From positions 992,001 through 1,056,000 of the forward strand of contig CAVQHD010000001.1 in assembly GCA_963712275.1 (NCBI GenBank): DNA of 64,000 bases, read 5' to 3'. The notes beneath the pieces were generated by a model. The model did no database searches. It saw only the letters and a program-made list of their open reading frames with translations, and was not told where the DNA came from. The DNA is from an uncultured Rhabdochlamydiaceae bacterium. GTDB lineage: Bacteria > Chlamydiota > Chlamydiia > Chlamydiales > Rhabdochlamydiaceae. This document shows positions 51,125 through 60,378 of this stretch, one piece after another (position 1 is the stretch's first letter; the number at the start of each line of letters is the position of its first letter). Position numbers and translations under genes: made by a program.

Positions 51125-51546
51125 CGGTGATAACGGCTTCCTTTGTCGATTTCGAAGACGCGGTAGAGTTGCTCAAGGAGCAGCAGCCGGGTGATTTGGC
51201 CTGTAAAGGTCAGAGGTGAAAGACTCCATAGGAAGGAGGCATTTTTTTTGGTGCGCTCAGAAAGGCCATCCGGTCCTCCGATGACAAAGATGAACCGCCC
51301 TTTCCACTCTTCACTTTTTTTGAACAAGTAGCGTGAAAACTGAAGGGTGTCAAATAATTTTCCATGGGGATCAAGGGCAATGAACTTTTGCTGCGCGCTA
51401 CAAAGTTCTTCAAGTTGAAACTCATTTTTTGCTAAGATCCATTCGAGTTGGCAGCTCGAGGTCAGGCGCTTTTGATATTCATCAAGCGCTTCTTGAAGCC
51501 AAGTCTCTTTGTTTTTACCTACGGTGAGGATTTTAATTTTAAGCAT
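51121..51546 (-). CDS. rlmH: 23S rRNA pseudouridine-1915 N3-methyltransferase
   Basis: IKILTVGK, FVIGGPDG, LLLEQLYR, YHR. Confidence 0.93.
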   Translation of the reverse strand: MLKIKILTVGKNKETWLQEALDEYQKRLTSSCQLEWILAKNEFQLEELCSAQQKFIALDPHGKLFDTLQFSRYLFKKSEEWKGRFIFVIGGPDGLSERTKKNASFLWSLSPLTFTGQITRLLLLEQLYRVFEIDKGSRYHR

Positions 51547-52345
51547 GCTTTACTGGAACCCTTCTCCTTCGATTTTTCCTTGGAACCTTCCTTTTTTGGG
51601 ACGTCCTATTCTATGGTATGGTGTTTTCTTTGCCTTGGGTTTTTTTCTGGCTTATGGGGCTTTTCTAGCTCTATTAAGACATGAAAACAAAACAAATGGT
51701 AGAAAAATTGCAGATGAAGTCAGTACTTATGTTTTGATAGGGATTGTTATTGGCGCGCGCCTTTTTGATGTGCTCTTCTATGAAAACCTGACGCAATTTT
51801 TTCACGATCCACTCTTTGTGATTCGCGTCTGGGAGGGGGGGCTTTCAAGCCATGGAGCGGTGATGGGTCTTTTGGGTGGCGTCATCCTCTATCATCGCCA
51901 GCATCGTCATGAATTTAGCCTGATGCACCTGTTTGACCTCATTTCTATCGTTGCAGGGATCACAGCTGCTTGCATTCGAATTGGAAATTTTTTCAATCAG
52001 GAAATTTTAGGGACACCGACGATCCTGCCGTGGGGAGTCATTTTTGGCCACCCTGTTGATGGAAGCTTTCCCGTTGCAAGGCATCCGGTTCAGCTTTATG
52101 AAGCGTTTTACTACTTGGCGCTCTTTGGCGTCATGTGGCGTCTAAAGGATCGTCTTAAAAAATGGCCTGCGGGGCGTCTGACGGGTCTTTTTCTTGTGCT
52201 CGTGTTTTCATTTCGGTTTTTCATCGAGTTCTTTAAAGAAGAGCAAACGGTTTGGCTCACAACCTCTTTTTTGAAAATGGGGCAGTGGCTTTCTATTCCT
52301 CTGATTGTCTTAGGGGCGATTTTTCTTCTCCGCAAAAGGCGTTAG
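51545..52345 (+). CDS. lgt: prolipoprotein diacylglyceryl transferase
   Basis: WYG, GARL, WEGGLSSHG, RIGNFFNQE, HPVQLYE; ATG 51545. Confidence 0.95.
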   Translation: MLYWNPSPSIFPWNLPFLGRPILWYGVFFALGFFLAYGAFLALLRHENKTNGRKIADEVSTYVLIGIVIGARLFDVLFYENLTQFFHDPLFVIRVWEGGLSSHGAVMGLLGGVILYHRQHRHEFSLMHLFDLISIVAGITAACIRIGNFFNQEILGTPTILPWGVIFGHPVDGSFPVARHPVQLYEAFYYLALFGVMWRLKDRLKKWPAGRLTGLFLVLVFSFRFFIEFFKEEQTVWLTTSFLKMGQWLSIPLIVLGAIFLLRKRR

Positions 52346-53807
52346 GACAGCTTCTTAGTGTATGTCGATCGATAGGGAGTAGTGGGAGCTGCTTTTGCGC
52401 TCGAGAGATCAAGTGCTTGAGTCTGGTCTCAAGGGTTAAGCCAGCAACCGATTTCTCCTGTAATAAGATCCAACGGTCAAGAGTTGAGTCTTGCGGTATT
52501 GAAAGGAGATGATACCACCCATATTTTCGGAGAAGATCGGCTTTTTGGTGGACAACCGAAGGGTCAATTAAAGGAGAAGCATAGTGAGAAAGAAATTGCT
52601 CTCGCAGGTCGGGAACAATGGAAGGATCATTTAAAGGGCGGTTTTGAGAGACCATTTCCAAAACCAGTTGAAGGAGGGGAGTTTGAGGAAAATGGAGCGC
52701 GCGTAGGACGAGCTCTCCTTGAACACTCCAAAAGGCTATGCGGCGGTTCCAATCGGCCTGCGTTGCCATGAGAGAGATGTCATGCGCTTGAATAAAAAAA
52801 TGGACTGCTTGAGCAATCGCTGCTTGCCAATGCTCTTTTGGATGATCGATCAGGTGAAGCTCTGCTTCTTTTAACAGTTGACCCATGAATTGGAGATCTT
52901 CTAAGGGGGGGAGTCTCTCTTTTAAACAACACCAGCTCAAAATCTCGAGTTCATTTAAAGAAATTAAAGGAGAGTCGCGGAGGTGGGCTGTTTTAATATC
53001 TTGAATGAGCTCATGGCTTGTCTGATCTGTGGCATTTGCAAGAAAACGGTGGATCCATGATCGAAGGTGATCGATATCTCCTGCCGGGGATGTTTGCATG
53101 AAGCAGCAATGAGGAAGAAGAAGAGAAGCCCAATGCATCGAGAGGGCAGAGGACCATCGCATGGGTTCTTCTTTTAAGGTTTGAAATTGCTGAACTTTAT
53201 TTTGCAGGTCTTGATGCAGCTGATGATGGGTGAGATCAGGGTGCTGCATCAAGCAATCCAGCATCCATTTGAGAAGGAGTCGGTCTTTTACATCGAGCTC
53301 TGTTTTAGCAAGAGTGGCTAGTGGTAGAAGGTGTTTTTCAGCCGACCAAATGAGTTCTGTCAGGTGGTGTAAAGCAGGCCGAGCTCCTTCAAAAGTTGCC
53401 ACCGATTCACCAACTTTAAGAGCGAGCTGTTGTGCAAGCAAAAAGGGATGGAGTGAGGAGTTTTTTCTTTGGGCTAAAACCATTTTTAAATTTTCTCGAA
53501 TCAAAAAATGGAGGTTGAGCTTTCCTTCGATTGTGAATGCTTCCTGTTCTTTCTCTAAAAGCTCGGAAAAAGAGGAAATTTTCTCCCAAGTTTTTTTTAA
53601 GAGTGCAATTCCCAAACGGTGGCGGGGAAATTTTTTTTGAAATTCAGGGGCAATGCTCTCAAGCAGTTTTTCTTGGAAATCGAGAGACCACTCTTTGGGT
53701 CTGCAGCTTGATTGAAACTGCTGCTTTACCTTTCTTGAAAGAAAAAGGGAGACGTCGGAATAGGGATCTTGAAGCTCTTGAAGAGACAATAAATCGAGAC
53801 TTTCCAT
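52293..53807 (-). CDS. hypothetical protein
   Basis: 504-aa ORF, no motif recognised; overlaps lgt 3' end. Confidence 0.7.
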   Translation of the reverse strand: MESLDLLSLQELQDPYSDVSLFLSRKVKQQFQSSCRPKEWSLDFQEKLLESIAPEFQKKFPRHRLGIALLKKTWEKISSFSELLEKEQEAFTIEGKLNLHFLIRENLKMVLAQRKNSSLHPFLLAQQLALKVGESVATFEGARPALHHLTELIWSAEKHLLPLATLAKTELDVKDRLLLKWMLDCLMQHPDLTHHQLHQDLQNKVQQFQTLKEEPMRWSSALSMHWASLLLPHCCFMQTSPAGDIDHLRSWIHRFLANATDQTSHELIQDIKTAHLRDSPLISLNELEILSWCCLKERLPPLEDLQFMGQLLKEAELHLIDHPKEHWQAAIAQAVHFFIQAHDISLMATQADWNRRIAFWSVQGELVLRALHFPQTPLLQLVLEMVSQNRPLNDPSIVPDLREQFLSHYASPLIDPSVVHQKADLLRKYGWYHLLSIPQDSTLDRWILLQEKSVAGLTLETRLKHLISRAQKQLPLLPIDRHTLRSCPNAFCGEEKSPLRQSEE

Positions 53808-53895
53808 GAGAGTTCTACTAAGGCTTTAGTGAGCAGAAAGTCAAGATTTTTTTTGTAACTATTCACCTGTCCCTCATTTAGCGGTAAGGAAAAAA

Positions 53896-54121
53896 AAGAT
53901 CGGGCACGGCAACGTTCACGAAAGAAAAGTCAGTCAAATTTTGGTCTGGTTCAAATTCTCCATGGAGAGGGTAACATTTTTTTCGCCTTTTCCCAGGAGA
54001 ATGGCACAAAAAGTGTTACCCTACTTTGAACCAGGCCCAAATTTCTACCCCCATTTTAACAAAAATGCCTCAGGGAACCTCTTTCGTGAACGTTGCCGTG
54101 CCCGTTCCCTTGCCCGATCTT
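53896..54121. repeat. ~225-nt multi-stem palindromic structure (element J)
   Basis: 25-bp perfect outer arms 53901-53925/54080-54104; inner stems 53936-53955/54025-54044 and 53968-53982/54008-54022. Confidence 0.85.
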
Positions 54122-54142
54122 CCCTCTGCTATAGATGAGTAG

Positions 54143-54523
54143 TTACGATTTTTTTGCGATGCAAGAAATCTCGATTAAGACATTGAGAGGAAGCTCGGCA
54201 ACTTGCATGGCCTGGCGGGCAGGCTTAATAGGAGCTGTGAAAAATTCGCTATAGATTTGATTCATTACAGCGAAATGAGAGAGGTCTTTCAGATAAACTT
54301 CTGATCGAACCACGTCGGCAAAGGTGCACCCTGCCGCTTTGAGGATTGCCTGCAGGTTTGCAAAGACTTGACGGGTTTGCCCTTCGATACCGGACTCCTC
54401 AACTTTTCCAGAAGCAGGATTGATGGGAATCTGTCCAGAGATAAAAATAAAGCCGGAGGCTTCCACTGCCTGAGAATAGGATCCAATTGCCTTGGGGGCC
54501 TTATCTGTTTCGATCTGTTTCAA
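54143..54523 (-). CDS. ridA: RidA/YjgF enamine deaminase
   Basis: APKAIGSYSQA, ISGQIP, PARQA..V..LP..VLIEI. Confidence 0.9.
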   Translation of the reverse strand: MKQIETDKAPKAIGSYSQAVEASGFIFISGQIPINPASGKVEESGIEGQTRQVFANLQAILKAAGCTFADVVRSEVYLKDLSHFAVMNQIYSEFFTAPIKPARQAMQVAELPLNVLIEISCIAKKS

Positions 54524-54593
54524 TTTTTTCCATCATTTTTAATCGTGATCTCTATATCCTATAGAAAAAGGGATTAATTTTGGAGGATCAAAA

Positions 54594-55055
54594 ATGAACT
54601 ATACAATGATTGCTGGACATCTTGGCGCTGATCCAGAAGTGCGGTTTACATCATCTGGAAAGAAAGTGACGACGCTACGTGTTGCTGCTAGGTGTAGGCG
54701 AGGGGGGAAAGATAAGACCATTTGGTGGAGGGTTTCTGTTTGGGGTGAAGAGTTTGATAAAATGATGGCCTATCTTAAAAAAGGGAGTCCGATTTTTGTG
54801 ATCGGTGAAATGAATGAGCCTGAAATTTTTACAAACCGCGATGGAAAACCGCAAATTTCAATGAGTTTAACAGCCGTTGACCTTTCATTCAGTCCCTTTG
54901 GACGACCAGATGGCGGAAATTCTGAAAATCCCTCCCATGCTGCAAATGAGCCTAGCCATGGGCCCTCTCTGGAGCCTGCTGCTGCCTTCGGCCCCCCTAC
55001 CTTCGGTCAAGGAAAAGTAGCCCCTTCATTCTCAGACGATGAGGTGCCTTTCTGA
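54594..55055 (+). CDS. ssb: single-stranded DNA-binding protein
   Basis: GHLGADPEVR, DDEVPF tail. Confidence 0.95.
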   Translation: MNYTMIAGHLGADPEVRFTSSGKKVTTLRVAARCRRGGKDKTIWWRVSVWGEEFDKMMAYLKKGSPIFVIGEMNEPEIFTNRDGKPQISMSLTAVDLSFSPFGRPDGGNSENPSHAANEPSHGPSLEPAAAFGPPTFGQGKVAPSFSDDEVPF

Positions 55056-56530
55056 TGCATTTCACAGCGGTTTCTTCAATTTCCGATCGTCCGGAAGCAG
55101 ATGTGGTCGTGCTTCCATTTTGGCAAGATGCAAAAGAAGTGGAGCCGGCTTTTCCGATTGCTCCTTTTCGATCACCGCTCGCTCCTGTCCTAAAGGGAGG
55201 CGACTTTCATGGAAAAGAAGGGGAGACTCTTCTTCTGTACACAGGAAAAAAGCGCGAGCCTCGCCTTCTTCTTCTGGGATGTGGACGGCTATTAGACGCC
55301 TCTCCGGAGACATTTCGAAAAGCAGTTTCATCGGCCGTCAAACTGTGCCGTCAAAAAAAATGGACAGCAGTCAATATGATGTGTCCAGAACAAGGGGAAT
55401 TTCACGTCCCTATCGCTGAGGGATTTTTGCTTTCAAGCTACGACTTTAATGAGCTCAAACACGATAGCTTAAAAGAAGATGCGCCATGGTCTCTTCGAAA
55501 ATTATGTCTCATGGGGATTGATAAGACTCAATTTGCAGAATGCAAGCGAGCGCAAACAGTTGTCGAAGCTGTCAATTTTGCTCGGGATCTCGTCAATGGC
55601 AATGCCGACGACATCACACCCCAGAAACTTGTAGACACAGCTTTGGAGCTCAGTCAAACGTATCCTTCTCTCAAGGCTACGATTTTAGGAAAAAAAGAAA
55701 TTATGAAAGCAGGTCTTGGGCTTCTCCTTGCAGTGAATCGGGGCTCCTCAAGGGATCCTGCCTTGATCATTCTCCACTATCAGGGCAACCCATCGTCTAA
55801 AGAATGCACAGCTCTTGTTGGAAAGGGGATTACCTATGACACGGGAGGGCTTAACTTAAAACCGACAGGCAGCATGGAAACGATGAAAGCCGATATGTCG
55901 GGGGCGGCATCCGTCTTAGGAACTCTTAAAGCTTTGGCGGCCCTCAAATTGCCGGTCAATGCCATTGGGGTTGTTGTCTCCACTGAAAACAGTATCGATG
56001 CTAATAGTTATAAGCCTGGAGATGTCTACCGCAGCTACTGTGGCAAAACAGTCGAAATTTCTAATACCGACGCAGAGGGAAGGCTTGTGCTTGCCGATGC
56101 GATCAGCTATGTACAAGACCATTATAAGCCCACGCGACTCATCGACCTTGCAACGTTAACAGGCGGAATTGTGGTTGCCTTAGGCGAGCAAGCCTCTGGC
56201 CTTTTTTCCAATGATGATGATCTTGCGGCCGCTCTTCAGAGGGCAGGAGAGGCGACCTATGAGAGAGTCTGGCGCCTTCCTCTTTTTCCCGAGTATAAAG
56301 AGGCGTTGAAATCAGCCATTGCCGACCTCAAAAATTCCGCAGATCGGAAAGCCTCGTCGATTACAGGAGCCATCTTCATCCAGGAGTTTGTGAAAAAGAC
56401 TGCCTGGGCTCATTTGGACATCGCAGGAACAGCCTATTTGGACAAGCCCAGCGGCTACCACACAACTCCAGCAACAGGAGTAGGCGTCCGTCTTCTCACG
56501 AGCTATTTTTCCATGCTAATGCTATCATGA
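55055..56530 (+). CDS. pepA: leucyl aminopeptidase (M17)
   Basis: VGKGITYDTGG, MKADMSGAA, NTDAEGRL. Confidence 0.96.
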   Translation: MHFTAVSSISDRPEADVVVLPFWQDAKEVEPAFPIAPFRSPLAPVLKGGDFHGKEGETLLLYTGKKREPRLLLLGCGRLLDASPETFRKAVSSAVKLCRQKKWTAVNMMCPEQGEFHVPIAEGFLLSSYDFNELKHDSLKEDAPWSLRKLCLMGIDKTQFAECKRAQTVVEAVNFARDLVNGNADDITPQKLVDTALELSQTYPSLKATILGKKEIMKAGLGLLLAVNRGSSRDPALIILHYQGNPSSKECTALVGKGITYDTGGLNLKPTGSMETMKADMSGAASVLGTLKALAALKLPVNAIGVVVSTENSIDANSYKPGDVYRSYCGKTVEISNTDAEGRLVLADAISYVQDHYKPTRLIDLATLTGGIVVALGEQASGLFSNDDDLAAALQRAGEATYERVWRLPLFPEYKEALKSAIADLKNSADRKASSITGAIFIQEFVKKTAWAHLDIAGTAYLDKPSGYHTTPATGVGVRLLTSYFSMLMLS

Positions 56531-56555
56531 ATAGTATTAAAAAGAGAGGTAGCAT

Positions 56556-56717
56556 ATGCCTGTGTATAACATTGAACGAGGAGTTGGATTCACTTGAGAA
56601 AAACCCACTTTTCATGACTTAGACCATCTTGCAGGCTCTTGGTCTGCTTCCGATGAAGAAACTTTCAAAAAGAACACCCAATACTTCGAAAAAATTGACG
56701 AGGAACTTTGGTTATGA
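56556..56717 (+). pseudogene. decayed VapB-type antitoxin
   Basis: GAGAGGT SD; MPVYNIERGVGFT*EKPTFHDLDHLAGSWS..FEKIDEELWL*, in-frame TGA 56595. Confidence 0.7.
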
Positions 56718-56790
56718 GACCCATTTTTTTGATACCAATGCTTATGAGGGTCTTATCTCTGGAACCACCATATCTGAGTTGACGATCTAG
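56714..56790 (+). pseudogene. decayed VapC PIN toxin remnant
   Basis: ATGA overlap; MRPIF / frameshift in T7 run / DTNAY then about 14 codons to TAG. Confidence 0.65.
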
Positions 56791-56791
56791 C

Positions 56792-57643
56792 ATGAACTTG
56801 TCGCGGGTTTTTAAAGTGTCGGCTCGAGAAAAAGGGATGACGCTGCTCTCTTTCTTAAGAGAAAAATGTCCCGATGCTCCTTCGGTGAAGGCTCTCAAGC
56901 GGTGGATTGAAGGGAAGCAGTGTACCATTAATGGGCGGGTAGAGACGTTTTCTACCCATCGCCTGATAACGCATGATCAAATCGTCCTGACTCTTACCCA
57001 GGATGAGCAAAAGGTGGTTTTAAAGCCGCTGCTTCTCTGGGAAGACGAGGCGCTTGCAGCCTATGATAAACCGGCAGGGCTTGTGTGTCATCCGTCCCAT
57101 TTCGGAGACCGCCTTGTCCATCGTCTTGATAAAGAGACCTCCGGCGTGATCCTCACCGCCAAGTCAAACCCGATTCTAGAAAAAATGATCCACCTCTTTC
57201 AGCAAAAGAAAGTGAAAAAGACTTATTTAGCCATTGTCAGCGGCATTGTCAAAAAGGAGGAAGGGACTCTCATTTCCCATCTTGCTCCACTACGCCGCTT
57301 CCAAGGGCAAACTCTCTACGGATCCGGTCCCAAAGGACAGCTTGCGGAAACACGGTGGAAAAAGATAGGACAGGGGCCTAAAGCAACACTTCTCCAGTGC
57401 TACCCCATCACAGGAAGAACGCATCAGCTCCGAGTGCATTTAAAAGAAATGGGGCACCCAATCATGGGCGATTATCAATATGGTAAACAGTTTTGCTATC
57501 CAGCGCGCCGCCATCTTTTGCACGCCCATCAAATTTCATTTCCCCATCCGCAATCAGGCGATCAGATCACAATAACAGCCCCTTTGCCTGATGATTTTTT
57601 AGAAGCCTTGGAGGCTCTTGGGATTAATAGACCTCTTGCATAA
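56792..57643 (+). CDS. RluA-family pseudouridine synthase with S4-like domain
   Basis: DKPAGL, HRLDKETSG, TGRTHQLRVH, LLHA. Confidence 0.92.
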   Translation: MNLSRVFKVSAREKGMTLLSFLREKCPDAPSVKALKRWIEGKQCTINGRVETFSTHRLITHDQIVLTLTQDEQKVVLKPLLLWEDEALAAYDKPAGLVCHPSHFGDRLVHRLDKETSGVILTAKSNPILEKMIHLFQQKKVKKTYLAIVSGIVKKEEGTLISHLAPLRRFQGQTLYGSGPKGQLAETRWKKIGQGPKATLLQCYPITGRTHQLRVHLKEMGHPIMGDYQYGKQFCYPARRHLLHAHQISFPHPQSGDQITITAPLPDDFLEALEALGINRPLA

Positions 57644-57681
57644 CTAAGATTCTACAGAACCTTAGTTACGCAAGAGGTCTA
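57628..57681. repeat. 54-bp palindrome (element G) containing stop codons of both convergent genes
   Basis: TAGACCTCTTGCATAACTAAG..CTTAGTTACGCAAGAGGTCTA. Confidence 0.88.
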
Positions 57682-58725
57682 ATCCAGATCATTCACCATG
57701 TAACGGGCTGCTTTTTTGATCCCCTTTTGAGTAATGAGTTCTTTTTCTATGAGATCAGCGAGATCTCTTTGCAAAGATCGCCTATTGACTCCAGGGCAAA
57801 GGGATTCATAATCTTGAATTGTAAAATCCTTTTCTCTCATTAACAGGTTTTCCAGCGCCTGTTTTTGCCTTTCGGAAAGTTTGTGTTGAAGCGCTAAAAT
57901 ATCTAGTTTTATTGCATGCGATCCTTTCAGTTGGATTTCATGCATTTGGGTCTCTAACGCCTTGGAGAAATATTCGAGCCAACTCGTCATATCCATAGAG
58001 CTGCTTCTGACAGATTGCAGCGCATGATAATAATCTTGTCGATTCCGATCATAATACTCACTGATAGTAAAAAGTTTTTTGAAATCATAGCCTGAGCGAT
58101 AAAGGCATAAGGTAGAAAGTAGCCGAGCTGTTCGGCCATTGCCATCCATAAAGGGGTGGATATGAACAAGCTGAAACTGCGCGATTCCGGCGATAAGAAC
58201 GGGCGGGATGGTTTGTTCTGTCTGCAGCCAGTGGATTAGTTCATCCATCAAGACGGGAACATCGTAGGGGGCTGGCGGAGTGTAGATAATTTCTTTTGTT
58301 TTTGAATTAGCCACATAGTTTTGAACGGTTCTGTATTGCCCTGGTTGGGCGGTATTTCCCCTGACTCCTTTGACAAGACGTTGATGGATTTCTCTGATCA
58401 GACCTTCAGTAATGACCCCTTGTGAGAAGACATACTCGGAGACGAAATCAAATGCCTTTTTATAATTCAGAAGCTCTTTGACATCCTCAGAATCGACTCC
58501 AGATATTTTTTCACCGGCAATCAGTCTCTCAGACTGATCTAAGCTTAAATGGGTCCCCTCTATATGCGTCGTATGATGAGCTTCCAACATCAAGGCGCGA
58601 GCCTGCATTTTAGAAACCCAATCTTTCGAAAGCTTGGCAGCCTCTAGAAATCCCCGTGTACGCTCAATGGCTGTGAGTGCAGATGCAATTGGGATGGAAA
58701 TTGTAAATCTCGGATGAAATGGCAT
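57679..58725 (-). CDS. Fic-domain AMPylase with C-terminal wHTH
   Basis: HPFMDGNGRTAR; N-terminal TTHIEG inhibitory motif (class II); RRSLQRDLADL wHTH. Confidence 0.92.
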   Translation of the reverse strand: MPFHPRFTISIPIASALTAIERTRGFLEAAKLSKDWVSKMQARALMLEAHHTTHIEGTHLSLDQSERLIAGEKISGVDSEDVKELLNYKKAFDFVSEYVFSQGVITEGLIREIHQRLVKGVRGNTAQPGQYRTVQNYVANSKTKEIIYTPPAPYDVPVLMDELIHWLQTEQTIPPVLIAGIAQFQLVHIHPFMDGNGRTARLLSTLCLYRSGYDFKKLFTISEYYDRNRQDYYHALQSVRSSSMDMTSWLEYFSKALETQMHEIQLKGSHAIKLDILALQHKLSERQKQALENLLMREKDFTIQDYESLCPGVNRRSLQRDLADLIEKELITQKGIKKAARYMVNDLD

Positions 58726-58726
58726 G

Positions 58727-58849
58727 TTTTTACGACACTTTTTTTCTTATTATGTCATAAAAAAGAACCTTTGGCAACTGGTTTTCTTGTTTTTGCGACA
58801 TATTTTCACGAATTTTGTCGTAAAAAGTGTCGTAAAAATGTCGCAAAAA
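58727..58849. promoter_or_regulatory. six-copy TGTCRYAAAAA operator-like array upstream of fic
   Basis: inverted pairs 58727/58753 and 58790/58816, both with 15-nt spacers; tandem copies 58828, 58839. Confidence 0.75.
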
Positions 58850-58910
58850 GGAGAGGGAGAAAAGTTTCTCGACTTTCCATAGACGTTCCAGGTAAAATTT
58901 ATCATTAAAA

Positions 58911-59960
58911 ATGAATTATTTAATTGTTAAAACCTCTTCGCTTGGGGACGTGATTCAGACATTTCCGGTTGTGGAATATTTGAAGTTGAAAGACCCCTAT
59001 TGCCGCATTGACTGGGTTGTCGAGGAGGAGTATGCCCCGCTGCTCAAATCTCATCCAGGGATCTCTACAGTCCTGACGCTGGCCTCTAGGCGTTGGAGGG
59101 GCTCTTTTTTAAGAATAAAAAGTTTACAAGAGGTCCGCGGCGCACTCTCTGCTCTCAGAAACACCTTCTACGACGTGGTCTTTGACTTACAAGGCAATAC
59201 CAAATCGGCGCTTCTGACCTTCTCTACGCGGGCTCATAAAAAGGTGGGGTTTGGATGGGGAGCTGCTGCGGAGTGGCCCAATTATTTGGCGACGGATGAG
59301 AGATTTTCGGTGGCTGCGGATCTCTCCATTCAGAGACGGTATTTATCCGTCGTTCAGCAATTTTTTAATGATGCAACTCCTTTCTATCCGCAAGGAGTGC
59401 GGCTTCTTTTAACTCCTCAGGATGAAGAGTTGTTGGCTTCTTTTAGAAAGCATCAGAAACCGCGGATCATGGTGGCTTTTGGGTCTAAATGGGAGAACAA
59501 ATGCCTCTCATTTTCGACTTTAGTCCAATTTTTAGAAGAAATTGAGAAAAAGGAACGATGCATTTTTTATTTTGTGAGCGGAACTTCTCAAGAAAAAGGG
59601 ATTGGCGACCGGCTCTCAGAGCGGTTTCCTAGCAGCCTTTCACTTCAAGGGCTGTCATTTCCTCTCTGGCAACGGCTCATGAGAGAGGTCGATCTTGTCA
59701 TTGCAACCGATTCAGCAGCGCTTGCCCTTTGCGGGACGACGCCTACGGCCTCCTTTAGTTTTTTTGGGCCGACGCAATCCTCCATTTATAAACCTCTTGG
59801 AGCGCATCACCGTCACTACCAAGGAGCTTGCCCCTACAATGTACAGTTTTCTTCTAGGTGTCCCCGCCTTCGAACATGCTCTTCAGGCGCCTGCCTTAAA
59901 CAGGCTGCGCCTGCCGATCTTGTAAGGCGGTATGATGAGAAGAGAGGAGATGGCGGATAA
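58911..59960 (+). CDS. glycosyltransferase family 9 (heptosyltransferase-like)
   Basis: LIVKTSSLGDVI, IDWVVEE, DLQG, ATDS, FFGPT. Confidence 0.85.
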   Translation: MNYLIVKTSSLGDVIQTFPVVEYLKLKDPYCRIDWVVEEEYAPLLKSHPGISTVLTLASRRWRGSFLRIKSLQEVRGALSALRNTFYDVVFDLQGNTKSALLTFSTRAHKKVGFGWGAAAEWPNYLATDERFSVAADLSIQRRYLSVVQQFFNDATPFYPQGVRLLLTPQDEELLASFRKHQKPRIMVAFGSKWENKCLSFSTLVQFLEEIEKKERCIFYFVSGTSQEKGIGDRLSERFPSSLSLQGLSFPLWQRLMREVDLVIATDSAALALCGTTPTASFSFFGPTQSSIYKPLGAHHRHYQGACPYNVQFSSRCPRLRTCSSGACLKQAAPADLVRRYDEKRGDGG

Positions 59961-60378
59961 CCTGTTTGGTTTCGGCAAACATCTCTTCTTCGTTCAAGGC
60001 TTCAACTTCTGCTAAAGAAAACCACTTGGCTTCCGGGAGAAGGGCTCCGCTAATGGGACGCCCCACGTAGATCAGATCCATATGGCAATGGGCCGGCTGA
60101 GCCCCATGAGAAGGTATTTGTTCTAGGAGGCATAGGTAGGGTCTTTCAAAGCTTGCAGCATTCCAATGATCAACCCAGACGTTTTCTTGAGGAAGAATCT
60201 GAACCTGCAGCCCTGTTTCTTCAAGAGCTTCCCGGCGGGCGCATTCAGGAGGGGTTTCTCCCGGCTCTAAATGTCCGCCTGGAGGAAGCCATTTCTTCAA
60301 TTTAGGGTGAGGGATCAGGAGTACTTTCCCATCTTCTAGGAGGTAGATCGTTGCTGTAAAGTGCTTTTCAGTCCCCAT
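59896..60378 (-). CDS. NUDIX hydrolase
   Basis: PGGHLEPGETPPECARREALEETG Nudix box. Confidence 0.9.
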   Translation of the reverse strand: MGTEKHFTATIYLLEDGKVLLIPHPKLKKWLPPGGHLEPGETPPECARREALEETGLQVQILPQENVWVDHWNAASFERPYLCLLEQIPSHGAQPAHCHMDLIYVGRPISGALLPEAKWFSLAEVEALNEEEMFAETKQVIRHLLSSHHTALQDRQAQPV

